A DNA stretch of 64,000 bases from Candidatus Limnocylindrales bacterium (GTDB lineage Archaea; Thermoproteota; Bathyarchaeia; Bathyarchaeales; Bathycorpusculaceae): NCBI GenBank assembly GCA_035319575.1, contig DATHCJ010000049.1, positions 110 through 64,109 of the forward strand, read 5' to 3'. Numbering within the stretch: the stretch's first letter is position 1; every line of letters starts with the position of its first letter. Below the pieces are notes generated by a model. The model was not told the DNA's origin. It was given only the letters and a program-made list of their open reading frames with translations, and did not search any database. Position numbers and translations under genes: made by a program. Positions 49,500-58,948 of the stretch are shown here, in pieces.

Positions 49500-50384
49500 A
49501 TGTTAGAAGAAAGTTTTGGTAAGATAGGAATGTCAGCTAAAAATGAAAATCCTTCTTTCTTCCCATCGACCTATCACACTTTCACCCTGTCAGATTCTGT
49601 AGCTCTCAGTGTTTATTCTAACACTAATCCTCAAAACATGAAAATAGCCGACTTGCAAAAAGGCTTGATTCTTTCATGCCGTGGGGCCGACGTTATCGGT
49701 GAAGGAACAGGGTTTGGGGTTCCGATTGCTAAGTACGCTGATGAAACGGTTTTTTCAGGCTCCTCTTTCCTTTATGTTCGTGGAAACGCAGACGCTGTTG
49801 AAATCCGAAAGGAGTTTCTTATGGATTTGGTCGCTCGAGATAGATTCCTAAATCTTAACCTTGAAAACCAGAAAATCCGAACGTTATTCGGTTACATGTC
49901 TATGTTGCCTCATGAGCATAAACGTCTGGGTCGATTTATTTTGATTGCAAAGGATTTGCTTTTCAAGTTTGGAGTAAAATCTAGTTTTGTAAGAAGATCC
50001 CATAAAGGCGCAATTATTGTCACCTACATTGTCGACCAAAACAGAATACTCGTGAAACTAAACCTCAGCATGCTTAATCGAACGAATCTGGGGAAGGTTT
50101 TTGTCCTAAACGAGCAAGGAGCACATTTCTTCAGAATTTACTCGGATTCAGAAGGGTTGAAGTTGATCGATGGTGAAATCGGTGTTTGGGACGTTGTGAA
50201 AGCACAATCGGCTAAGATAACAGATGGACGAAACAAAATTGGGTTCAGTCTGAAGAGTTTGGAAGGGAGCACGTTGCGGCGAGGAAGGGAGTTGATGAAG
50301 GGCTCTTTAAATTGGATTGGTCTAGATTACGAACTTAACCCGGAAAACTGCCGTTTCGAGTATGAAATCGAATTTTTCGAGTGA
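49500..50384 (+). CDS. hypothetical protein, paralog of 57060-57992
   Basis: Shared LQKGL, EG.GFGVP..KY, LNEQGA.FFR.Y.DSEGL, IG.W motifs. Confidence 0.75.
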   Translation: MLEESFGKIGMSAKNENPSFFPSTYHTFTLSDSVALSVYSNTNPQNMKIADLQKGLILSCRGADVIGEGTGFGVPIAKYADETVFSGSSFLYVRGNADAVEIRKEFLMDLVARDRFLNLNLENQKIRTLFGYMSMLPHEHKRLGRFILIAKDLLFKFGVKSSFVRRSHKGAIIVTYIVDQNRILVKLNLSMLNRTNLGKVFVLNEQGAHFFRIYSDSEGLKLIDGEIGVWDVVKAQSAKITDGRNKIGFSLKSLEGSTLRRGRELMKGSLNWIGLDYELNPENCRFEYEIEFFE

Positions 50385-51757
50385 CTATTCAAATGGCTAC
50401 TGTGACTTTGGTTTACCCGTACTTCCATCCTCGCGCTGACACATCCATCTTCAGGTTTCCGCCATTGGGATTAGGTTACATAGCAGCAAACCTCAAAAAA
50501 CACGGCATCTCCGTTGAGTTGGTAGACTGCACTTTTACTAAACAGAAAGAAGCGCTAAAGAAAATTATCGATTCGAAACCGAGGATAGTTGGAATCCAAT
50601 CAATATATTCGATGAAAGAAAAATCGCTAGAGCTAGGCCAGCTATTGAGGGATCATTGTGAATTGCTTGTTGCAGGAGGAGCGCTGCCCACTACGGAGCC
50701 TGAGACGTTTCTTAAGAACTTCGACGTTGTAGTCGCAGGAGAGGGAGAACAGACCATGGTTGAGATAGTTAACCAGTTCATGAATGGTGGCGATTTTTCT
50801 CAGGTTAAAGGAATTGTTTATCGCGATGAATGCACTGGGGAGATTAAACGGACTCCGCCAAGAGAATTAAACGTGGATCTGGACAGTTTTCCAAATCCTT
50901 CGAGGGAGCTTTTCGAAAACAACGCTTACAAAAAATATTATTCCAAAAAGTTTGGTTACACCGTGACAGCAATTATGACCACAAGAGGTTGCCCATTTTC
51001 TTGCGATTTCTGCAGCAAGCCTATCTTTGGCAGCGTGTTTAGAGCAAGATCAGCTTCTAGTGTTGTCGACGAGATTGAAGATGCTGTTGCATTAGGATAC
51101 GGCAGAATTTGGTTTGCAGATGATTGTTTTACCTTGTATCGAAAACGCCTGTTGGAGATTTGTGATGAAATCATCAGGCGTGGATTGCAAATAAGTTGGG
51201 AATGTCTTTCACGCGTGGACACTCTGGACCCTGAGGTGGTTGATAAGATGAAAAGGGCAGGGTGCATCAGAATGTTCTTTGGAATAGAGTCTGGAAACGA
51301 TGAAGTTCTTGCCCTGATGAAAAAGCAGATAACAACAAAACAAGCACGTGACGCCATTCAATTATGCAAGAGGAAAGGAATAAAGACGGGCGCTTTTTTT
51401 ATCTTGGGGTATCCAGGTGAAAACCAAAATACGGTTTTAGACACCATAGGGTTTGCCTCTTCTCTCCCTTTAGATTACCTTTCGTTTACATTGCCCTATC
51501 CTATTCCAGGGACACCTTTATTTGAGAGGCTCAACGGAACGTTGGTTTCAGAGGAATGGCAAGAACCGAAGAATCTTCTGCCTATAAAGCATAAACTTCT
51601 TTTTAATTCGCAAATTACTGAGGGTAAGCTAAAAGTTGCCATTGTTAAAGGCATGGCTCAGTTTTACATTCGAAAATACTTGGGTAAACAAGGTTATTCG
51701 TTTATAGGGGTCCCTTTTGCAAAAGTGACCGACGCTATGTATAAGCTAATGCACTGA
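50381..51757 (+). CDS. B12-binding radical SAM protein
   Basis: PPLGLGYIAA, GEGE, TRGCPFSCDFC, FADDCF, GIESG, FILGYPGE. Confidence 0.9.
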   Translation: MTIQMATVTLVYPYFHPRADTSIFRFPPLGLGYIAANLKKHGISVELVDCTFTKQKEALKKIIDSKPRIVGIQSIYSMKEKSLELGQLLRDHCELLVAGGALPTTEPETFLKNFDVVVAGEGEQTMVEIVNQFMNGGDFSQVKGIVYRDECTGEIKRTPPRELNVDLDSFPNPSRELFENNAYKKYYSKKFGYTVTAIMTTRGCPFSCDFCSKPIFGSVFRARSASSVVDEIEDAVALGYGRIWFADDCFTLYRKRLLEICDEIIRRGLQISWECLSRVDTLDPEVVDKMKRAGCIRMFFGIESGNDEVLALMKKQITTKQARDAIQLCKRKGIKTGAFFILGYPGENQNTVLDTIGFASSLPLDYLSFTLPYPIPGTPLFERLNGTLVSEEWQEPKNLLPIKHKLLFNSQITEGKLKVAIVKGMAQFYIRKYLGKQGYSFIGVPFAKVTDAMYKLMH

Positions 51758-52002
51758 GTTGAGTCTCAGTTTTTGTTAAGAAATGAAGTCTCCTATTCGG
51801 CATAGTTGGATGATTAGATGGTCAGTGTTCAAAATAACTCAAACAAAAAATATTAACGATTGGTCTAGGGCCAACCTATGTTGATTACGCTTCAATTTTA
51901 TACCTATCGGTTGCAATAACACATCAGTTCTTCAGAATCCAGGTTTTAGAAACTGTTATTAGCGGGCGCGCTTAGAACATTTGAGGAGAATTTATAGGGT
52001 AA

Positions 52003-53460
52003 ATGTCAAACGACAAAAGTGGCGACGTGCTTCTTGTCTTTCCCGGCAAGTTTAAGTCTCCACACCCTCAGATTCCTCTTTCTCTGCTGCATTTGGCGAG
52101 TTTCTTAATGCGCGATAAATTTCAGGTGAGACTTCTTGATCTGCGCCTTGAAAAAATCGACGAATCTAAAATTGGAAACCCACTTTTCGTAGGCATTAGC
52201 TCAATACATAGCTCCCAACTTCACTTTGGACTCGAATTCGCAAAAAAGATGAGAGATTCGGATTCTTCGATTCCTATTGTATGGGGAGGAGTTCATCCCA
52301 CCCTTCTACCCGAACAGACAGTGTCGAGCAAGTTCGCTGATATCGTGGTACGTGGCAAAGGCGAAGCAACAATAGTTGAACTAGCCCGAGCGCTCAAGTC
52401 TTCCAAGCCGTTGGATTCTGTGAAAGGTATAACTTACAAGGAGGGTGAAGCAATAAAAAAGACCCCGGATCAGCCTCTCATTGATTTGGATACAATTCCG
52501 ATTGAGTTGCCGTTTAATTTGCTTCATTTGGACAAGTATCCTACGCTGAAATCTGGGCGATTTCACATCCAGACTAGCCGAGGATGCCCACACGGGTGCA
52601 GTTTCTGCTACAACACGGTTTATAACAAGCGCTTGTGGAGAGGGAAGAGCGCAAAGCGGGTAGTTGATGAAATCGAGTATGTTCTCGAAAACTTTCCAAA
52701 GGTCAACATCATTGATCCAATAGACGACAACTTTTTTGTCGACAGGGATAGGGTCGAAAGCATCTGCAGAAGAATAATAGAACGGCGGATCACTATACGG
52801 TGGCGAGCAAACTGCCGTTTCGACTATATGTCACAATATAGCAAAGAATTCATTGAGCTTTTAGCTAAATCCGGATGCGCAGAAGTCGATTTTGGCGGTG
52901 AGACGGGCTCTAACAGACTTCAATCCTTGATTAACAAGGAAGTTACAACAAGCCAAATAATCCAGTCAGTGGAAAACCTGAAGAAATGGGCGCCATCCAT
53001 CGAACCATTTGTATCATGGATGAGCGGTCTTCCGACTGAGACTGAAGAGGACTTAGAAAAAACCTGCAACTTAATGGACAGAATGTCTGAAATAAATCCC
53101 AAGACACAACACTATGGGATTTTTCTGTACACTCCTTTTCCAAGCCCAATTTTAGACTCGCTGGGACCCACTTTTGTCGCTCCTCAAACGCTTGATGACT
53201 GGGGAAAGGCTGAGATGTTTCACTTTAGTCCTCCGTGGCACTCGAAAAAATACGTACAGCGCCTTCAGGCTGTTTCATACGTATCTATGTATGCATTCTA
53301 TCCGCGTTCAAGAATCAAGGAACATAGTATCCCCTACAGAATAGGATACGGAATATTGAACGAGATAGCTAGGTACAGATGGAAAAAAAGGTTCTTCCGT
53401 TTTCCTATCGAGCTAAAAATAGCAAACGCGGCCATGAGAAAGCGTCGAGAGTACTTGTAA
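52003..53460 (+). CDS. B12-binding radical SAM protein
   Basis: PLSLLHLA, WGGVHPT, SRGCPHGCSFC, DDNFF, GLPTET. Confidence 0.9.
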   Translation: MSNDKSGDVLLVFPGKFKSPHPQIPLSLLHLASFLMRDKFQVRLLDLRLEKIDESKIGNPLFVGISSIHSSQLHFGLEFAKKMRDSDSSIPIVWGGVHPTLLPEQTVSSKFADIVVRGKGEATIVELARALKSSKPLDSVKGITYKEGEAIKKTPDQPLIDLDTIPIELPFNLLHLDKYPTLKSGRFHIQTSRGCPHGCSFCYNTVYNKRLWRGKSAKRVVDEIEYVLENFPKVNIIDPIDDNFFVDRDRVESICRRIIERRITIRWRANCRFDYMSQYSKEFIELLAKSGCAEVDFGGETGSNRLQSLINKEVTTSQIIQSVENLKKWAPSIEPFVSWMSGLPTETEEDLEKTCNLMDRMSEINPKTQHYGIFLYTPFPSPILDSLGPTFVAPQTLDDWGKAEMFHFSPPWHSKKYVQRLQAVSYVSMYAFYPRSRIKEHSIPYRIGYGILNEIARYRWKKRFFRFPIELKIANAAMRKRREYL

Positions 53461-53553
53461 ATTAGAATAAGCAAAGAATCTATACTCAATCAGACGTAGT
53501 ATCCCTGCTGAATACCTGGCAAATTAGGCGGATGGAGACGGTAAGGTAACCAT

Positions 53554-54819
53554 ATGAATCCTTTACACGTTAACCAGAACGTCAAAATCGTTCTTCTTAG
53601 TCTTCTTATCCAGGTGCCGCTGGGCATATTTCTAGGTCACGCCTACGATGAAAAAATCTTCATGACCACAGGATACCTGGCTGCTTCGGGTTTAAACCCA
53701 TACCAGCCTCACACGATTGTAAACATATTTCCGAGTACCCTGTTTGCCGGCGTAATTCCCAGCATCGGATATCCTCCCCCGTGGCCTCTTCTTCTGGGTT
53801 TCATTTACCGCATTTCTTACAATCTGGTGCCAAATATTTTTCTCTATAACTTCGCTATTAAAGTTCCAGTGATCTTGGGCAACATCTGTCTCGCCTATTT
53901 AGTGAAAGACGTAATTTTGAAGTTAAACGGCGACAAGAATAAGGCTCGTTTCGCGTGGCTCTTCATTCTATTCAATCCTTTCGTTCTGTTGACGACTGTA
54001 GCGTGGGGAGAGTTCGACTCGATTGTGGCGCTATTTTGTATTGCTTCTTTTTACTTGTTGGTTAAAGGCAGAACGAATGAATCAGCTTTTTCTCTTGCGT
54101 TAGCCGTTGCTCTAAAACCAATAGCTTTGCCCCTTGTGGGGCTTCCATTTCTTTTTCCAAGTAATAACTCAAAAAGGAAAATATTCATGTATCTAGTGGT
54201 TTTCTGCTCAAGTTTCTGTGTTTTCTATTTCTTACCGTTTTTTCTCGAAAAGTGGTCTTTGCCGTGGGGAGCAAATGAATTAGGCGCTCAGTTTCAGTCG
54301 GCAGGCGGCTTAACCCCTTTCAACTTGGAAGAAATTTTTCTGGACTCTACCGCACTACCCGGAACCTTTCAATTGCTGGGATATCTCTGGGTGCCCGCCT
54401 TAATCGTAGGTTATTATTCAGTCTATAGGAATCGACCAGGCTCTGCAAGTGAGTTGTTTTCGAAAGCTGTCGGGTTGACTTTGATTTTTTTTCTTACGCG
54501 GACGTGGCTTTCAGAGCCTAACATCAATATAGTTCTTCCTTTAATGCTGATTGCAGCAACCTCTAAGGAACTCAATTTTCGCAGTTTTCATTTCGCGTGG
54601 ATAATCCCCTTTGTTTTCCTGTTTCTTAACACTTCGTTTCCTCAGCTTTTCTTCTTCGTTTATCCTTCTGTCCTCACTGTTATAGCTCAGGTGGACCAGC
54701 AGATCCGCAGTGCAAGACTCTGGGCTCGATTCGCTGTGGTAATACCATGGCAGATTCTATCTTGGAACGTTGTGATCAAGAAATTACGCGGAAACCCTCG
54801 AAAATTGTCTTATCGTTAG
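53554..54819 (+). CDS. GT-C membrane glycosyltransferase (GT87/PIG-M-like)
   Basis: GHAYD, YPPPW, FNP...AWGEFD, ALK, many TM helices. Confidence 0.7.
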   Translation: MNPLHVNQNVKIVLLSLLIQVPLGIFLGHAYDEKIFMTTGYLAASGLNPYQPHTIVNIFPSTLFAGVIPSIGYPPPWPLLLGFIYRISYNLVPNIFLYNFAIKVPVILGNICLAYLVKDVILKLNGDKNKARFAWLFILFNPFVLLTTVAWGEFDSIVALFCIASFYLLVKGRTNESAFSLALAVALKPIALPLVGLPFLFPSNNSKRKIFMYLVVFCSSFCVFYFLPFFLEKWSLPWGANELGAQFQSAGGLTPFNLEEIFLDSTALPGTFQLLGYLWVPALIVGYYSVYRNRPGSASELFSKAVGLTLIFFLTRTWLSEPNINIVLPLMLIAATSKELNFRSFHFAWIIPFVFLFLNTSFPQLFFFVYPSVLTVIAQVDQQIRSARLWARFAVVIPWQILSWNVVIKKLRGNPRKLSYR

Positions 54820-54876
54820 CACAATTATATATAATTAATAATTCAAAATTGTTTGTGACAGACGGGGTTAAAACTT

Positions 54877-56085
54877 GTGGTTTGGAGCTACCTTTGGTTA
54901 ATTTGGGTTCTGTCTTCTCTCTTGTTCATCAGATTTTACATTTATATTTTGGCTCACCACTCGGAACTAATTGCGAAACAAGTCAAGGAAAATTTTAGAA
55001 CGCCAAGAATTATTTTTCAGGTAACCACCAAGGGAAACATTGGAATCGTTCAGGATACCGTCAATCAGATAAACACTGTGTGCAAAAGCGTGGGCTACGC
55101 GAAGTACGATGTATGGGTCGTTACTGATGCGCAGGAAAAATTTGAAGGATGCAGAACCATCATTGTTCCTCAAGATTATTCGTGTAATGCTATTTACAAA
55201 GGCAGAGCACTGCAGTATGCTGTTGAAATTCGGAACAAGGAAAAAGTAACTCGCGAGGATATTTACATTTTTCATCTTGACGATGAAAGTTTAATCACGA
55301 AACAAACTCTGCTCAGCATCCTCTCATATTTAGAGGGTAGTCCCAAACCAATAAGCGAAGGCTTAATAGTTTATCCAGTGCTTGAAAAAGAATCAATCAA
55401 GATTTCGAACCTTATGGATACTCTTAGGCCGTTTTGTTGCTTTGAATGCTTGGATATGATGGCTAGTGGAAATCCCGCTTATATTCATGGATCGAACCTT
55501 CTGGTGAGAAGTGACGTTGAGGAAGCGGTTGGTTGGGAGAATGGAAAAACTCTGGCTGAAGACACGCTTTTCGCCATTAAGGCTAAAATCAAATATGGGC
55601 AGAAAGTTTTTGGTTGGCATGGAGGTATAGTTGAGGAGAAAAGTCCGTTAACTATCGAGGATTTGTTTAGGCAGCGCCGAAGATGGTTTTATGGTTTGAT
55701 TCAGAATTTTAGATATTTTGGCTCTGGAGAGAAAATTAGACAAAGCTTTAGAGCTCTAATTTGGGCCTCCGGTTTAGTCTCGGGAATAGTTACCTTCGCT
55801 GCATTGTTTATTCCTCAAGCAATCCCGCCTTGGGTTCCCGTCTTCAATGTTCCCCTACTCAGAATTCTTTTTGCCGTAACAAGCCTTATGTGGTTGTCTT
55901 CCTACCAGATTGGTGCTTTTCTAAATGGCAAGTATCTTCCTTTTAAAAAGAGAATAAGCTTCCATTTGCTAGCACTATTGTCTTCAATTGTGATAGGCTT
56001 ACTGGAATGTTCGACGCCGTTAATTGCTATTGTTAGTAGACCAAAAACATTTGACGTAATCAAAAAGCGCGCTATTGACTATTAA
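54877..56085 (+). CDS. GT2 membrane glycosyltransferase, egghead/BRE-3-like
   Basis: KGRALQY, HLDDES, EGLIVY, AEDTLF, EKSP, QRRRW. Confidence 0.8.
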   Translation: MVWSYLWLIWVLSSLLFIRFYIYILAHHSELIAKQVKENFRTPRIIFQVTTKGNIGIVQDTVNQINTVCKSVGYAKYDVWVVTDAQEKFEGCRTIIVPQDYSCNAIYKGRALQYAVEIRNKEKVTREDIYIFHLDDESLITKQTLLSILSYLEGSPKPISEGLIVYPVLEKESIKISNLMDTLRPFCCFECLDMMASGNPAYIHGSNLLVRSDVEEAVGWENGKTLAEDTLFAIKAKIKYGQKVFGWHGGIVEEKSPLTIEDLFRQRRRWFYGLIQNFRYFGSGEKIRQSFRALIWASGLVSGIVTFAALFIPQAIPPWVPVFNVPLLRILFAVTSLMWLSSYQIGAFLNGKYLPFKKRISFHLLALLSSIVIGLLECSTPLIAIVSRPKTFDVIKKRAIDY

Positions 56086-56132
56086 GAAAAGCAAAAAATT
56101 AAGAACAAACGGATACATACACGTAGATTACA

Positions 56133-56858
56133 TTGGAAGAGAGAGAAAGCTTGTCAGGTTTTTTAAAGAAACAAACCTCGAGTGTCATCTTGAAGATTCT
56201 GCATTACATAGCTATAGGCTCAATGGTTCTTCTATTTGCTTATTCCTTGTCCATGTGGCTGTACACTTCGAATGTTTGGGGGTTGGGAGGCATTTTTTGG
56301 AGTTCTTGGTTGACATTCGCCTTCGTCTATCTTGGGATTGCTGTTTTTCTTAGAATAGACAACGTGTCCGCGGCTGAGAGCTTTATTATCTGCTTGACAG
56401 GAGCGGTCTCTATGGTTTGGCTTTACGAAATTATCTATCATTTCTCGTTTTGGAATTCTTGGAATTACGGAAAGGCTCCTTATTTCTTTCTGAATGGAAA
56501 TACGCTCTTTCTCAATTATGGAATTATCTCGCTTACCGCGTTGTCTGGTTACAAATACATGAAAGCTAACAGGTGGTTCTGGCTTGCGTTAATCACTATG
56601 ACGATTCTATGGATTTTTTGGATAACAATCGGGTTTCCTCAGTACGCATTTCCACAAACACTGTACGTCTTTGCTTGGCCAAGCATAATCATCGGCAACG
56701 CACATGCTTTAGCATTCCCACTAAACGCTCTGACGAAGCTTCTTCTCGGCACCTCCTACATTCTTCTGTATTTACCAAGCAGGCAAAAGCTCTCAGTAAC
56801 AAAAGATGGCATCAAGCGGTTTCTTATAAAACGCGGCTTTCTTGATTATAATGAATAG
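56133..56858 (+). CDS. hypothetical membrane protein
   Basis: About 6 TM helices, Trp/Tyr rich. Confidence 0.7.
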   Translation: MEERESLSGFLKKQTSSVILKILHYIAIGSMVLLFAYSLSMWLYTSNVWGLGGIFWSSWLTFAFVYLGIAVFLRIDNVSAAESFIICLTGAVSMVWLYEIIYHFSFWNSWNYGKAPYFFLNGNTLFLNYGIISLTALSGYKYMKANRWFWLALITMTILWIFWITIGFPQYAFPQTLYVFAWPSIIIGNAHALAFPLNALTKLLLGTSYILLYLPSRQKLSVTKDGIKRFLIKRGFLDYNE

Positions 56859-57059
56859 TCACTGACTTCTAACCCAAGCGTTATTTCCCTCAGAATTCCA
56901 ATGCGTGGCGACCTTCGATAAGTCGCTCTTTTAGGCACGCAATGGGGGTTCCGAGATAGGAAAGAGAAAAAAAAACGAATATTTTTATTTGTGCGATTTC
57001 AGGCCTGTACTTAGGCACGGTTGCAAACTCTTTTTATTGAGAAGCTGAATAATAAATAA

Positions 57060-57992
57060 GTGTTGAAGTCAAAAATTGAGACTTCGTCCATTCTTGTGAA
57101 TAGGAGGCGCTTTATGCTGGGTTCTTCTGGCAACTCGTGTGTGAAGCAAAAGATTGATGATTCAGTAAAACCTTTGAGCATGCAAATTAGCGATCGAGTT
57201 TTGTTTAGGTTATACCAGGATTCTCGGCCTCGGTCGTTAGAGGTGGCTCCTCTCCAAAAAGGGCTTGTCCTGGTGTATGATGGCGAAGAGTTAATTGAAG
57301 AAGGAGTTGGTTTTGGAGTTCCAGTCGTAAAATACGGTCATAAAACTTATTTTTCAAGCTCAGCTCACTGTTCAATAAGTAAAAATGAAAATGGTTTTGT
57401 CCTCACAAAGCTTTATGTTTTAGATGCGATATCACGCAAGAGCGTAACCCGATCCTTCTACATCAACGACGGATTTTATCGGTTTCTTCATAAATCCTTT
57501 GAGAAGGCTTACCTTGGCAGCAAACAGTTTTCTCCCTTTTTCGGCAAGGTCATGGAGCTCCGGCAAATGTTTGGGATTCAAACGAAATTCATCAGAGTCG
57601 AACCAAAAGGGGCGGTCGCAATAAAATTTTCAATTCAGCCGACTTCCATAGAAGTTCAAGTTGATTTGTCTGGCTTGGATAAATTTGGATGTGAAGAGAT
57701 TCTCCTTCTTAATGAACAAGGTGCCACTTTCTTCAGAGAGTACGCCGACTCCGAAGGGCTAAGTCTATTTGATTCCAAAATCGGGGCATGGAACGAGGTG
57801 GAAGCTAAGGATGCTTCTCTTTCGTGTATGAACGGTTCTTTGACGTTTGGGCTGGAAAAGCGGAGTGACAGTTTGCTTTTCAGAGGCTGGGAGAAGACCA
57901 AGGGAAGATTCGCTTGGACTGGGTTAAGCTATTCATTGTCGCCGCATGTTTCGCTTTTTAAATATGTGATTAGACTAAAAAATCTCAACTGA
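57060..57992 (+). CDS. hypothetical protein, paralog of 49500-50384
   Basis: Same shared motifs; start uncertain. Confidence 0.75.
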   Translation: MLKSKIETSSILVNRRRFMLGSSGNSCVKQKIDDSVKPLSMQISDRVLFRLYQDSRPRSLEVAPLQKGLVLVYDGEELIEEGVGFGVPVVKYGHKTYFSSSAHCSISKNENGFVLTKLYVLDAISRKSVTRSFYINDGFYRFLHKSFEKAYLGSKQFSPFFGKVMELRQMFGIQTKFIRVEPKGAVAIKFSIQPTSIEVQVDLSGLDKFGCEEILLLNEQGATFFREYADSEGLSLFDSKIGAWNEVEAKDASLSCMNGSLTFGLEKRSDSLLFRGWEKTKGRFAWTGLSYSLSPHVSLFKYVIRLKNLN

Positions 57993-58189
57993 AGAAGGGT
58001 CGACCCAGTAGTAAAGAATTCAAAATCTCCGTTAGACGAGGCCGATATAGTCAGGGAAGCCATTCCCCTTTTAGAAGTTTGAGTCAGAATTTCAACAAAA
58101 AGAAGCGTCAACTTCAGAAGTGCGGAATCCGTGACATATTTAGGAAAGCTACGAAGTTTTTCCGTAGCAGCTTTTTCATAATAGGCTTC

Positions 58190-58852
58190 CTATTCTTCAT
58201 CAGCCGACGCAGAAAGAAATGAATTTCCAGAGGATGAGGCCAGGTTTCTTCTAACCCGTCTGACAAATCGAATGAACGGTGGCGCTATCCAAAGAAGATA
58301 TCTTAGTGGAATCCTTAGTTGGCTGTTTATGGTTATTCCCCAAGTCCAGAAGAAGGGCAGGAGCGAAACGAAGAGCACCGCTGCTCCCGCTATGTCCGCG
58401 TTTCTTAACGCTATGTAGTGGCGAAGAACCACTTTCGGTCTGCTCTTATCTGCTAAAACGGAGTTTGCAAAGAGCGCCAAGATAGCGAATAGTCCACCGA
58501 GGTCCGAGCCGTAAAGGATCGAAACGTATTGTGCCGGAAGATTTGTAGAATTGAGTTCGTTGAATAGGAAGGGTTCGATGGACACTAGAAAGAGCAGAAA
58601 AATGTTTAGGTCAACCCTCTGTGGAGATTCGATGCGTACGTTCTCCATTGTCCGGGTGTAAGTGTACCATACGCTGATGAGTATGAGAAAGCTGAAGGCG
58701 AAGTAGCCTATCGACTGGAGTAGTGCCTGAAAGTTTCGCGGTGGGTTTCCGATTAAGGTTAATGCGCCGATGGAGAGGGCTAACCCGAAAATCAAGTCAG
58801 AAAGGCTCTCTATACGAGACTTTGGTGTTCCTTGTCTTTCCTCTTCAGCCAC
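58190..58852 (-). CDS. TMEM175 family potassium channel-like protein
   Basis: RIESLSDLIFGLALSI (RxxxFSD-like), YFAFSF...W; GGAGG SD before GTG 58852. Confidence 0.75.
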   Translation of the reverse strand: MAEEERQGTPKSRIESLSDLIFGLALSIGALTLIGNPPRNFQALLQSIGYFAFSFLILISVWYTYTRTMENVRIESPQRVDLNIFLLFLVSIEPFLFNELNSTNLPAQYVSILYGSDLGGLFAILALFANSVLADKSRPKVVLRHYIALRNADIAGAAVLFVSLLPFFWTWGITINSQLRIPLRYLLWIAPPFIRFVRRVRRNLASSSGNSFLSASADEE

Positions 58853-58948
58853 TTGTTTTGAGCCTCCGGTCCGCAGGATTATTCTGTCGCAGGATGCATA
58901 TAGCTTTGAGCATCTGACTGGCGACATGTAGACAGGTCTGGGGCAGAT

